From Halorarius halobius (GTDB taxonomy: Archaea; Halobacteriota; Halobacteria; Halobacteriales; Haloarculaceae): a DNA stretch of 32,000 nt. The stretch spans positions 175,227 through 207,226 of the forward strand of contig NZ_CP101161.1 of NCBI RefSeq assembly GCF_024298865.1, written 5' to 3'. Made by a program: the position numbers and the translations under genes. Under the pieces are notes generated by a model, which saw only the letters and a program-made list of their open reading frames with translations, was not told the DNA's origin and ran no database searches. Position 1 is the stretch's first letter. Each line of letters opens with the position of its first letter. Below are positions 7,517-14,871 of this stretch, one piece after another.

Positions 7517-10261
7517 TTACGGCCGGCGGCGCGCCGCGATGAGTGCGCCCACCAGTAGCGCGACGACCGCCACACCCACGCCGAAGCCGGGCACCTCGGT
7601 CCGCGTCACCACCGGCGTGATGGTGCCGGTCACCGTCGGGGTCGGACTGGGAGACGGCGTGGCCGTTTTCGTGAGAGACGGGGGCGCCGGCGACGCTGTG
7701 ACCGTCGGGGACGGGGGCGGGCTGGGAGACGGCGTGGCCGTTTTCGTGGGGGACTGAGGCGTCGGCGACGGACTCGACGAGCCGCCACCCGAACTGCGGA
7801 CCTCGACGCTGGTGGTAGCCGCGTCGTCCGCGGACGCGACCTGTGTGCCGTACGTTCCGGCGTCGCCATCGGACGTGGTCCACTCGAGCGTCACGACGGT
7901 CGAACCCCCGCCATCGAGCGTCACCGACTGGCTGTCCCGCTCGATGTCGTCGACCGACAGCGAGACGGTCTGTGTTGCCTGCTCGTCGCCGGTGTTCTCC
8001 ACCGTCGTCGTGACGGTCAGGGTCTCGCCCTCGGTGACGGGCGAACTCGTGTCGTCGATGGTGACCGCGAAGTTGGCCGGGTCCGGAGACGGCGCCGCCT
8101 GCCCGAACCCGCCGAACGTCGAGAACTCCGTGACGTTGGCGCTGATGGTCCGCGCGCCCGTGTCGACGCTCGACCCCTGGAGTTCGGTCCACGACTGGCC
8201 GTCGTGCTCCCAGAGCGACAGCGTCGACTCGTCGACACCCGACGCGTCGGTGCCGCCGTACGCCAGGGAGACGTTCAGGAACGCGTCGCTCGTCAGGTTC
8301 GTCGCGTCGAAGTAGCGGCCGACCGCGGTGGCGTCGGGGTTGGCCGGCGGCGAAGCCACCGAACTGACGACGACGGCACTCGCGGCGAACGAGAGCGTGG
8401 CGTTCGCGGGGCCGTTCGCGCCGATCGTGACCGCCTCGGCGGTCACATCGGTCGGCCCGTCCTGGATTTCGACAGCCCCGCTCTCGGCGGCCGACACCCG
8501 GACCTCGTCGAGCGTGACGTTCGCCGAGTCGCCACGAACCCTGATTGCCGCCGCGCCCCCGTGAGTGTTGTTCAGGGCGTCGACGTCGTGGAATCGTGAA
8601 TCCCTCGTGTGGCGCACGTCGAGGGCCACGACGCGTCCGTCGAGGAAGCTACTGGCGTCGTCACCGTCCACGGGGTTGTTCGAGACGTTCAGTCCGCTGA
8701 TCGAGGCGTTGTCGACCTCGGTGAGCCAGACGAGTCGGACGGTGGATTCCTCGCCGGAGTCGGTCTGCCCCGTGGCGGCAAATCCGGTGACGGTCACGTG
8801 ACTGGAGTCCAGAATACGGAGGGCCTGATCGAGCCCGTCGGTCGCGGTGACGTTCTCGATTCGGACGTCCCGGGCTCCCTCGACCCGGAGTGACGGTCCC
8901 TCGTGACCGTCGGTGATCTCGGTGTCCACGACGCTGACGTTCCGGTGGTCGCCGAGATGGGACCCCACCCTGATCCGCCCGTCCGTCACGGTGGCGTTCG
9001 AGATCGAGACGTTGTGGTACTTCTGAAGCCGGATGTCGCCGCCCTCGATGGTGACGTTCCGGATGGGGAAGCCGTCGTACGTGTCGCTCGACGTGCCCTC
9101 GACGTCGATTGCCCACGACGTGTTGGACACGCGGTTATGTTCGAGACGCGCGGGGTCTACCTCGGGGAGATAGATTCCGGTCACGGGGCCATCGACGTGG
9201 TTTCGGGAAATCGTCGTCCCGGTGGTGTCCAGCAGTTCGATCCCCGACTGAACGAACGAATCGGTGCGCACCAGGTTGTCGGTCAGGCCGACGTTCGTGG
9301 AGCCGTCGAGCAGCACGCCGTCAGTGGTGATGAGGGCGTTGTCGCGTATCGTTCCCCCGTCCGACCGCCGGGCGACGATCCCCTCGTCGGTCGCGTTGGT
9401 GACGTCGTTTCGCGCGACGAGCGCGTTCGGATTCCCCGGACCCGCGCTGTCGTGCGTGAGCCTGATTCCCTGCATGTCGACGCCGACGACCGTGGTGTCC
9501 CTGACGACTGCCCGGGGGGAGTCCCGGACCTTGATGGCCGCGGGGCTTCCGAAGTCGCGTCCCTCCTCGGAGTTGCTTCTGTCGTCGACGGTCACGTTGT
9601 CGACGACCACGTCCGGACTGTACGACGCGGAAATCGCACCTCGCTTTCCCGTGGTCCGTTCGATAGTCACGCCCGAGATGGTAGCGTCGTCCACGCGAAC
9701 AACTGCGACGACGATGTCGTCGATACCCGTCGTGGCCGTCACGTCGGAGATCGTGGAGCCGTTCCCGTACTCGTGGTAGACGTCGGCGCCGTTCCCGGTC
9801 TCCCGCACCACCACGTTCGTCACCACCGAATCGTTGACCCCCCGGAACGCGACCGGCCCTGCCCAGTCAGCGAACTCGACGTTCCGAATCTCGACCCTAT
9901 CGAGCTGATCGGCCGGGTCGGAGCTGGATGTAGCGTCGGTCGTGTTGACGACCTCGATGCCGTGGATTCCGTCGACACCGGACCCGTCCAGGGTGTTGCC
10001 CGCGCCGTCGATGGTCACGTCGCTGCTGTTCACGACGATGCAGGCGTCGTCGGTCAGGTTGTCGGCGTGCGTCGGCCGGACGTCGCCGGTCAGCTGATAC
10101 GTGCCGGACTGGTTGATCTGCACACACGAGTCGATATCCTCGGGCGCCGTGGCGGTTTCCGCGAGCGCGGACGGAACGAGCGTCGCCACGACCAAAACCG
10201 AGAGCAACAAGACGGTCGCTGAGGCGACGGCAGTGAGGAGCCGGAGACGTCGGTCCGTCAT
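7517..10261 (-). CDS. secreted parallel beta-helix repeat protein with CARDB-like domain, Thr/Ser/Pro linker and PGF-CTERM anchor
   Basis: Track ORF 7517..10399 begins at TTG. ATG 10261 gives an RR-containing signal peptide, MTDRRLRLLTAVASATVLLLSVLVVATLVPSALA. The body holds a long series of beta-helix (PbH1/NosD-like) repeats and about 22 N-x-S/T sequons by manual count. It continues with a CARDB-like segment (FAVTIDDTSSPVTEGETLTVTTTVENTGD) and a linker carrying TKTATPSPS twice. The C-terminus is PGFGVGVAVVALLVGALIAARRRP. Confidence 0.85.
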   Translation of the reverse strand: MTDRRLRLLTAVASATVLLLSVLVVATLVPSALAETATAPEDIDSCVQINQSGTYQLTGDVRPTHADNLTDDACIVVNSSDVTIDGAGNTLDGSGVDGIHGIEVVNTTDATSSSDPADQLDRVEIRNVEFADWAGPVAFRGVNDSVVTNVVVRETGNGADVYHEYGNGSTISDVTATTGIDDIVVAVVRVDDATISGVTIERTTGKRGAISASYSPDVVVDNVTVDDRSNSEEGRDFGSPAAIKVRDSPRAVVRDTTVVGVDMQGIRLTHDSAGPGNPNALVARNDVTNATDEGIVARRSDGGTIRDNALITTDGVLLDGSTNVGLTDNLVRTDSFVQSGIELLDTTGTTISRNHVDGPVTGIYLPEVDPARLEHNRVSNTSWAIDVEGTSSDTYDGFPIRNVTIEGGDIRLQKYHNVSISNATVTDGRIRVGSHLGDHRNVSVVDTEITDGHEGPSLRVEGARDVRIENVTATDGLDQALRILDSSHVTVTGFAATGQTDSGEESTVRLVWLTEVDNASISGLNVSNNPVDGDDASSFLDGRVVALDVRHTRDSRFHDVDALNNTHGGAAAIRVRGDSANVTLDEVRVSAAESGAVEIQDGPTDVTAEAVTIGANGPANATLSFAASAVVVSSVASPPANPDATAVGRYFDATNLTSDAFLNVSLAYGGTDASGVDESTLSLWEHDGQSWTELQGSSVDTGARTISANVTEFSTFGGFGQAAPSPDPANFAVTIDDTSSPVTEGETLTVTTTVENTGDEQATQTVSLSVDDIERDSQSVTLDGGGSTVVTLEWTTSDGDAGTYGTQVASADDAATTSVEVRSSGGGSSSPSPTPQSPTKTATPSPSPPPSPTVTASPAPPSLTKTATPSPSPTPTVTGTITPVVTRTEVPGFGVGVAVVALLVGALIAARRRP
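7646..7748 (-). repeat. 27-bp perfect direct repeat inside the linker-coding region (about 7647-7673 and 7722-7748)
   Basis: CTGGGAGACGGCGTGGCCGTTTTCGTG occurs twice on the plus strand, 75 nt (25 codons) apart. Each copy encodes TKTATPSPS. Confidence 0.85.
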
Positions 10262-10395
10262 TCGACTGCCCTCGTGAATCGAGGGACCGTTGCATCCGAA
10301 GGACTCCCGGTCCGGTGGACGCGGGACCGCGGTGACACCACCCCGTGGCGACGCTTGAACGCTCCAGTCATTGGGCTGAGTGGGGGTTCCCGGGG

Positions 10396-10434
10396 TCAAA
10401 TCAAAAAGATGAACTCTACGGAATTATGGTAACT
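10396..10434 (-). promoter_or_regulatory. AT-rich candidate promoter region for the beta-helix gene
   Basis: Most AT-rich stretch of the window (TCAAATCAAAAAGATGAACTCTACGGAATTATGGTAACT). It lies 135-173 nt upstream of ATG 10261, which would imply a 5' UTR. Confidence 0.3.
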
Positions 10435-10550
10435 CGTCGGGTACGACTCCACTGGGCTGGAATCACGACGGGGGCCCGCTCCATTCCGGGGCGTCCGAGT
10501 AACACGCCGCACCCGGAACGACTGGCGCCGACCGAACCGCGCGCGATGCG

Positions 10551-11546
10551 TTACGCCGGGTCGACGCGCTCGACCGACCGTATCTCGAGTGTCTCGTCGA
10601 TCGTCACGCGGAGTACCGCAGTCTCGAGCGGGAACTCGATCCGGATACGGAGCGGTTCCCGCGAGACGACCGACTGCGAGATGGACCTGACGTACGGCGC
10701 GTTCCGTCGCGTCAGCTTGCTGAACGGGACGCTGCGGTCGAAGTCGCTGTGCTCGTGGTAGAACGCGATGACGGACGCCTCGGTCAGGAGACTGAACCAC
10801 GGCGGCGACGACCGCCGGTAGGCACACAGTTCGCAGGCGTAGTCGACCCAGACCGAAAAGCGGGTATCACACGACGAACAGAGGCCGTCCTCGCCGACGG
10901 AATGGGAGTCACAGATTCGGATCGAGTGGTCGACCGTCGCGGCACACTCCGGGCAGACGCCGTTCATCATGGGCGTAATCTTCGAATCGTAGAGCACGTG
11001 GGCCGACTCCAGCACCGCCGAGGGCGATCTACCGACCAGCCCCGCCGGCGGGACGCCGTAGCTCATGAACGTGCCGGGGGGATACTCGTCGTTCCCGACG
11101 ACGCCGCCACACGACGTACACCGGACGGTCAACTGGTCGTCGTGGTAGCGCATCTCGATCGACCCGTCGCAGTAGGGACAGCCGGAGTCGACCGCCAGCC
11201 AGTCGAGCGACGCCCCCTCGGAGAACAGTCCGGCGACGATCGACCGCATCACGGTCTCGCCCGCGTAGCGCAGGGCGTAGCCGTCGTCGGACCGCCGGAC
11301 GAAGTGGCCGACGAGTTGGTCGAGGTGGTACGCGAAGTTGTCCGTTTCGACGGCGGTCTCGCGCTCGAGTTCGGCGAACGGTAGCGGCTCCTCGTCGGTG
11401 TTCCAGAGGGCCCGTAGGATGGACAGGCGCGTCCGGTTCCCCAGGACGCGGAACGCGTCGTCAGGCGAGACGGTCCGCGGGTCGAACGGCTCCTTGAGTG
11501 CGTCGCTGTCGGCCGGTCTGCCGTCTCTATCGTCTGGGTCGGTCAT
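10551..11546 (-). CDS. ArsR-like winged-helix transcription regulator with C-terminal multi-cysteine zinc-ribbon domain
   Basis: Track ORF. wHTH: [17 protein letters not shown]...[10 protein letters not shown]...NFAYHLDQL. Cys pairs: CPYCDG...CTSCGG, CPEC...CSSC...CELC. Confidence 0.8.
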   Translation of the reverse strand: MTDPDDRDGRPADSDALKEPFDPRTVSPDDAFRVLGNRTRLSILRALWNTDEEPLPFAELERETAVETDNFAYHLDQLVGHFVRRSDDGYALRYAGETVMRSIVAGLFSEGASLDWLAVDSGCPYCDGSIEMRYHDDQLTVRCTSCGGVVGNDEYPPGTFMSYGVPPAGLVGRSPSAVLESAHVLYDSKITPMMNGVCPECAATVDHSIRICDSHSVGEDGLCSSCDTRFSVWVDYACELCAYRRSSPPWFSLLTEASVIAFYHEHSDFDRSVPFSKLTRRNAPYVRSISQSVVSREPLRIRIEFPLETAVLRVTIDETLEIRSVERVDPA

Positions 11547-11708
11547 CGGCGGTCGGCCTCCATTCGAGCCTCCTCTGGGTCGCGTTCACCGCCGAGATGT
11601 GGACCATCACCTCACTGCCAGACCGCTCCTGACCGACTCGGACCCCCCACCCCGACGCGTGCACCATGCAGTGCGGCGAGGCGGCTTAAGTATTCGGGGC
11701 TGATAGGT

Positions 11709-11730
11709 CGGGCGGAGTACCCTCCGCCCG
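11709..11730. other. perfect 9-bp GC-rich hairpin CGGGCGGAG-TACC-CTCCGCCCG
   Basis: Read directly in the spacer between the divergent regulator gene and argS. Confidence 0.7.
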
Positions 11731-11764
11731 CGGATGGGGGTGAGACGCCCGGCTTCAGAAACCC

Positions 11765-11770
11765 CTTTAC
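11765..11770 (+). promoter_or_regulatory. TATA-like box (CTTTAC) for argS
   Basis: Ends 23 nt upstream of ATG 11793. Confidence 0.35.
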
Positions 11771-11773
11771 CGA

Positions 11774-11787
11774 CGGGTTCGAACCCG
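11774..11787. promoter_or_regulatory. 14-bp perfect palindrome CGGGTTCGAACCCG between the argS TATA-like box and the ATG
   Basis: Read directly. Its position covers the expected transcription start of a leaderless argS mRNA. Confidence 0.35.
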
Positions 11788-11792
11788 GACCC

Positions 11793-13580
11793 ATGTACCT
11801 CCAGTTCCGGGCGGACGTCGAGGCCGCCCTCCGCGACGCCCTCGAGGCGGCCGGCTATCCGACCGACGACCTCGGCATCGAACAGCCCCCCGAAGGGGTC
11901 GACGCGGTGCTTGCTTCCTCGGCCGCGTACCGCCTCGCCTCGGAGGCGGGCGCGCCGCCGCCACAGGTTGCCGCCGAACTCGCCGACGCACTCGACCTCT
12001 CGGAGTACGAGTACGTCGCCCGCGCCGACGCGCAGGGGCCGTACGTCAACTTCCACCCCGGCGAGGCGTACTTCGGCGCGGCGCTGTCCGTCCGCGAGGA
12101 CGCCGGCCGCCTCGACCCGACGGGTGAATCGGTCGTCGTCGAACACACCTCGGCCAACCCGACGGGGCCGGTCCACGTCGGCCGGGCGCGCAACCCAATC
12201 CTCGGGGACGCGGTGGCGAACGTACTGGAGTACGCCGGCAACGACGTGGAGCGCCACTACTACGTCAACGACGCCGGCCGGCAGATGGCCGTGTTCACGT
12301 GGGCCTACGAGACGTTCGAGGAGGAGGACCTCCCCGAACCGGAGCGGGACCGCATCGAGTACGACCTCGTGCGCTACTACCGGAAGGGCAACGAGTTCCT
12401 GGAGAACGCGGAACCGTCGGCCGTCGAGGCCGCGGAGGCCGAAATCGAGTCGATAATGCAGGGGCTCGAAGCCGGCGACGAGGAGACGTACGAGCGCGTG
12501 GGCGAGGTGGTCGACCAGGTGCTCGCGGGGATGACGGAGTGTCTCGCGCGTCTCCCCGCGGCGTTCGACGAGTTCGTCAAGGAGACGCGGTTCATGCGCG
12601 ACGGCTCCACGGACGACGTCGTCTCGCGGCTGAAAGACCTCGACGAGGCCGTCTACGAGGAGGACGCGTGGCAACTCGACCTCCCGAACTTCGAGAAGAA
12701 CCTCGTCTTCCTGCGGTCGGACGGGACGAGCCTCTACACTACCCGCGATTTGGCCCACCACGAGTGGAAGTTCGACAACTACGACCGGGCCGTCACCGTC
12801 CTCGGCGAGGACCACAAACTGCAGGCCGGGCAACTACGGGAGGCGCTGGACCTGCTCGGCAACGACACGAGCCAACTGGAGAGCGTCATCTACTCGTACG
12901 TCAACCTCCCCGAGGGGAAGATGTCGACCCGCGCGGGGACGGGCGTGGACCTCGACGACCTGCTCGACGAGGCCATCGCTCGCGCCCGCGAGGAGGTCGA
13001 GACCCGGCTCGACGACCGCATCCGCGACGACGACCTGACCGACGAGGACGTCGAGCGCATCGCCCACCAGGTCGGCATCGGCGCCGTCCGCTACGACATC
13101 GTCTCGAAACAGCCGACGAAGGCCATCACCTTCGAGTGGTCTCGTGCGCTCGATTTCGAAGCGCAGTCGGCACCGTACGTCCAGTACGTCCACGCGCGGT
13201 GCTGTGGCATCCTGGACGAGGCGCGGAGCGGCTCGGAACCCGCAAGCGGCGGCGAGCCGCGAGCAGACGAGGCCGGCGCGGTGCCCGAGGGCGTCGACGT
13301 CTCCCTCCTCGATGCGCCCGAGGAGCGGGACCTCCTGCGGGTCATCGCGCGGTTCCCCGGCGTCGTCGAGTCGGCCGCCGACGAACTCGAACCCCACCGC
13401 GTCGCCACCTACACCCGCGAGTTCGCGGAGATGTTCAACGCGTTCTACCGCGAGTGTCCCGTCCTCGCGGCCGACGACCCCGAACTTCGGCAGGCACGGG
13501 TGGCGCTGGTGGCGGCCGCGCGCCACACCATCGCCAACGCGCTGGACATCCTCGGCGTCGAGGCGCCGAACTCGATGTGA
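11793..13580 (+). CDS. argS: arginine--tRNA ligase
   Basis: Track ORF of 595 aa. Class-I catalytic core with [20 protein letters not shown] and GEDHKLQ, plus a C-terminal anticodon-binding domain ending GVEAPNSM. Confidence 0.92.
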   Translation: MYLQFRADVEAALRDALEAAGYPTDDLGIEQPPEGVDAVLASSAAYRLASEAGAPPPQVAAELADALDLSEYEYVARADAQGPYVNFHPGEAYFGAALSVREDAGRLDPTGESVVVEHTSANPTGPVHVGRARNPILGDAVANVLEYAGNDVERHYYVNDAGRQMAVFTWAYETFEEEDLPEPERDRIEYDLVRYYRKGNEFLENAEPSAVEAAEAEIESIMQGLEAGDEETYERVGEVVDQVLAGMTECLARLPAAFDEFVKETRFMRDGSTDDVVSRLKDLDEAVYEEDAWQLDLPNFEKNLVFLRSDGTSLYTTRDLAHHEWKFDNYDRAVTVLGEDHKLQAGQLREALDLLGNDTSQLESVIYSYVNLPEGKMSTRAGTGVDLDDLLDEAIARAREEVETRLDDRIRDDDLTDEDVERIAHQVGIGAVRYDIVSKQPTKAITFEWSRALDFEAQSAPYVQYVHARCCGILDEARSGSEPASGGEPRADEAGAVPEGVDVSLLDAPEERDLLRVIARFPGVVESAADELEPHRVATYTREFAEMFNAFYRECPVLAADDPELRQARVALVAAARHTIANALDILGVEAPNSM

Positions 13581-13583
13581 CGC

Positions 13584-13736
13584 TCAGCCGAGAAGCGGCG
13601 TGAGGACGCCGGCACCACCGGCGACGAGGCCCCCGCCGACGGCGACGATGACGGCCGCTCCGAGGCCCAGAACCAGAAGCAGGAAGACGACGATCCACGA
13701 GAGCGGTACTGACGAGTCCGTCTCTGCGTTGCTCAT
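13584..13736 (-). CDS. 50-aa single-pass membrane microprotein (hypothetical; below the ORF-track size cut-off)
   Basis: My own translation: MSNAETDSSVPLSWIVVFLLLVLGLGAAVIVAVGGGLVAGGAGVLTPLLG*. Third codon positions are mostly G/C (about 86 % by my count) and there is one hydrophobic helix. A TATA-like GTTTAA lies 24-29 nt upstream of the ATG. No homology evidence is available to me. Confidence 0.45.
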   Translation of the reverse strand: MSNAETDSSVPLSWIVVFLLLVLGLGAAVIVAVGGGLVAGGAGVLTPLLG

Positions 13737-13759
13737 ACCGGTGGGTTGCTCCGCGGCGG

Positions 13760-13765
13760 TTAAAC
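13760..13765 (-). promoter_or_regulatory. TATA-like box (GTTTAA) for the 50-aa membrane ORF
   Basis: Lies 24-29 nt upstream of ATG 13736, immediately downstream of the MinD-like gene stop. Confidence 0.35.
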
Positions 13766-13766
13766 G

Positions 13767-14675
13767 TTAGCGAAAGCGATCAGCGAGGCGCCCGAGTACG
13801 CCGCCGTCGTCCGCTTCCTCGTCCGCATGCGCGTCGGCCGGCGCGTCGCCGCCGTCGCCGTCGGCCGCCACGGCCTGCTGTTTCCAGTGGTCGTCGGCGC
13901 CGTCCGACTCCCAGTCGCGGACCGCGTCGGCGAGTCGCCCGTACGCGAGCGCGGCGGGCATCTCCGGCGCGGTAAACGCAACGGGCTCCACGGCCGGGGG
14001 CCGGTCGTCGTCCGGGACGACCGCGAGCACGTCGACGCCGAGTTGGTCGGCGAACGCCGTCACGTCGGCGTGTTCCGGGGCGCGGTTGAGCACCGCGCCG
14101 ACGACGCCGAGCCCCTCCTCGCGGCAGGCCGCGATTCCCTGCCGGCCCGTCTCCACCGCCTCGTCGCGGGTGTCGGTCACCGCGAGGACGCCGTCGAGAA
14201 ACGCCGCGACGGCGGAGCCGAGCGTCCCCGCGTCGGCGATGAGATAGTCGTAGGCGAACGCGAGGTCGCCACGGACGTCCGACAGCGACTCCGCGTCGGC
14301 GTCGCCGAACGCCGACCGCTCGCCGCCGACCACCACCGGAAGCTCACCCGGTTCCGCCTCGCCGGGGTCGAGGTCGTCCCCTCCCGACCGGAACGCAGTC
14401 TCGTCGCGCCGCTGTGCGTCGATGTACGCCTCGAGCGCGTCGTCGACGTCGCCGTGCGGGAGCCGAACCGTCGCCGTCGCCCCGGAGACGCTGGCGTCGC
14501 CCCGGACCGCCGCGGCGAGGGTCGCGTCCGTCGTCACGTCGAACCACTCGGCGGCGTCGCCGGTGGCGTCGAGGATGGCCGCGTGATGGCCCTCACGCCG
14601 GAGCGCGGCCGCGAGATCGACGGCCGTGGTCGTCGTCCCCGTGTCGGCGGCGCCGACGACCCCGAGTACCTCCAT
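13767..14675 (-). CDS. MinD/ParA-family (SIMIBI) P-loop protein with degenerate Walker A
   Basis: Track ORF 13767..14819, start moved to ATG 14675 (MEVLGVVGAADTGTTTTAVDLAAAL). MinD/ParA layout (DYLIADAG Walker B, VLAVTDTRDEAV, GAVLNRA), but the KGGxGK[ST] motif is replaced by GAADTGTT. Long acidic C-terminal tail. Confidence 0.8.
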   Translation of the reverse strand: MEVLGVVGAADTGTTTTAVDLAAALRREGHHAAILDATGDAAEWFDVTTDATLAAAVRGDASVSGATATVRLPHGDVDDALEAYIDAQRRDETAFRSGGDDLDPGEAEPGELPVVVGGERSAFGDADAESLSDVRGDLAFAYDYLIADAGTLGSAVAAFLDGVLAVTDTRDEAVETGRQGIAACREEGLGVVGAVLNRAPEHADVTAFADQLGVDVLAVVPDDDRPPAVEPVAFTAPEMPAALAYGRLADAVRDWESDGADDHWKQQAVAADGDGGDAPADAHADEEADDGGVLGRLADRFR

Positions 14676-14699
14676 GTCCGATGCTGTGGGGGAACGAAC

Positions 14700-14707
14700 G
14701 TAAAAAT
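14700..14707 (-). promoter_or_regulatory. TATA-like box (ATTTTTAC) for the MinD/ParA-like gene
   Basis: Lies 25-32 nt upstream of ATG 14675. Confidence 0.45.
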
Positions 14708-14725
14708 CCCCCGTCGATAACCGGC

Positions 14726-14755
14726 GTCGAACCCCGGTATTTCGGGCGGTTCGAC
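14726..14755. promoter_or_regulatory. 8-bp inverted repeat GTCGAACC...GGTTCGAC (14-nt spacer)
   Basis: Read directly, in the divergent spacer between the MinD-like gene and prf1. Confidence 0.3.
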
Positions 14756-14839
14756 CCCGTCTCCGGGACGTCGTCGCCACGTTCGGCCGCGGTCGGGGAG
14801 CCTCAGGGCGGAGTGACACCGACGCTCACGCGGTCAACA

Positions 14840-14849
14840 CTTACTTACC
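14840..14849 (+). promoter_or_regulatory. TATA-like box (CTTACTTACC) for prf1
   Basis: Ends 23 nt upstream of ATG 14872. Confidence 0.35.
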
Positions 14850-14871
14850 TCCCATAGGCTTAGCCCCGCCA

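Noticed and set aside
7646-7748. 27-bp perfect repeat considered as a CRISPR-like or minisatellite element
   Set aside because: There are only two copies. They lie in frame inside a CDS and encode the Thr/Ser/Pro linker (TKTATPSPS).
10345-10761. 138-aa plus-strand ORF spanning the AT-rich spacer and the regulator 3' end
   Set aside because: Most of it is antisense to the wHTH regulator gene. It has a Ser/Arg-rich composition and no motifs.
7517-11546. Calling the lower-GC segment a genomic island or mobile element
   Set aside because: I saw no integrase, transposase, flanking direct repeats or tRNA target. The lower GC could also follow from the Thr/Asn/Ser/Ile-rich composition of the surface protein. 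I kept it only as a hypothesis in the findings.
11703-11792. tRNA-like appearance (GGTTCGAACC T-loop-like palindrome, possible acceptor pairing GGTC...GACC)
   Set aside because: No D-arm or anticodon arm can be drawn. The T-stem would have only 4 bp with a 6-nt loop, and the would-be acceptor stem is interrupted. This is not a tRNA or a convincing tRNA fragment.
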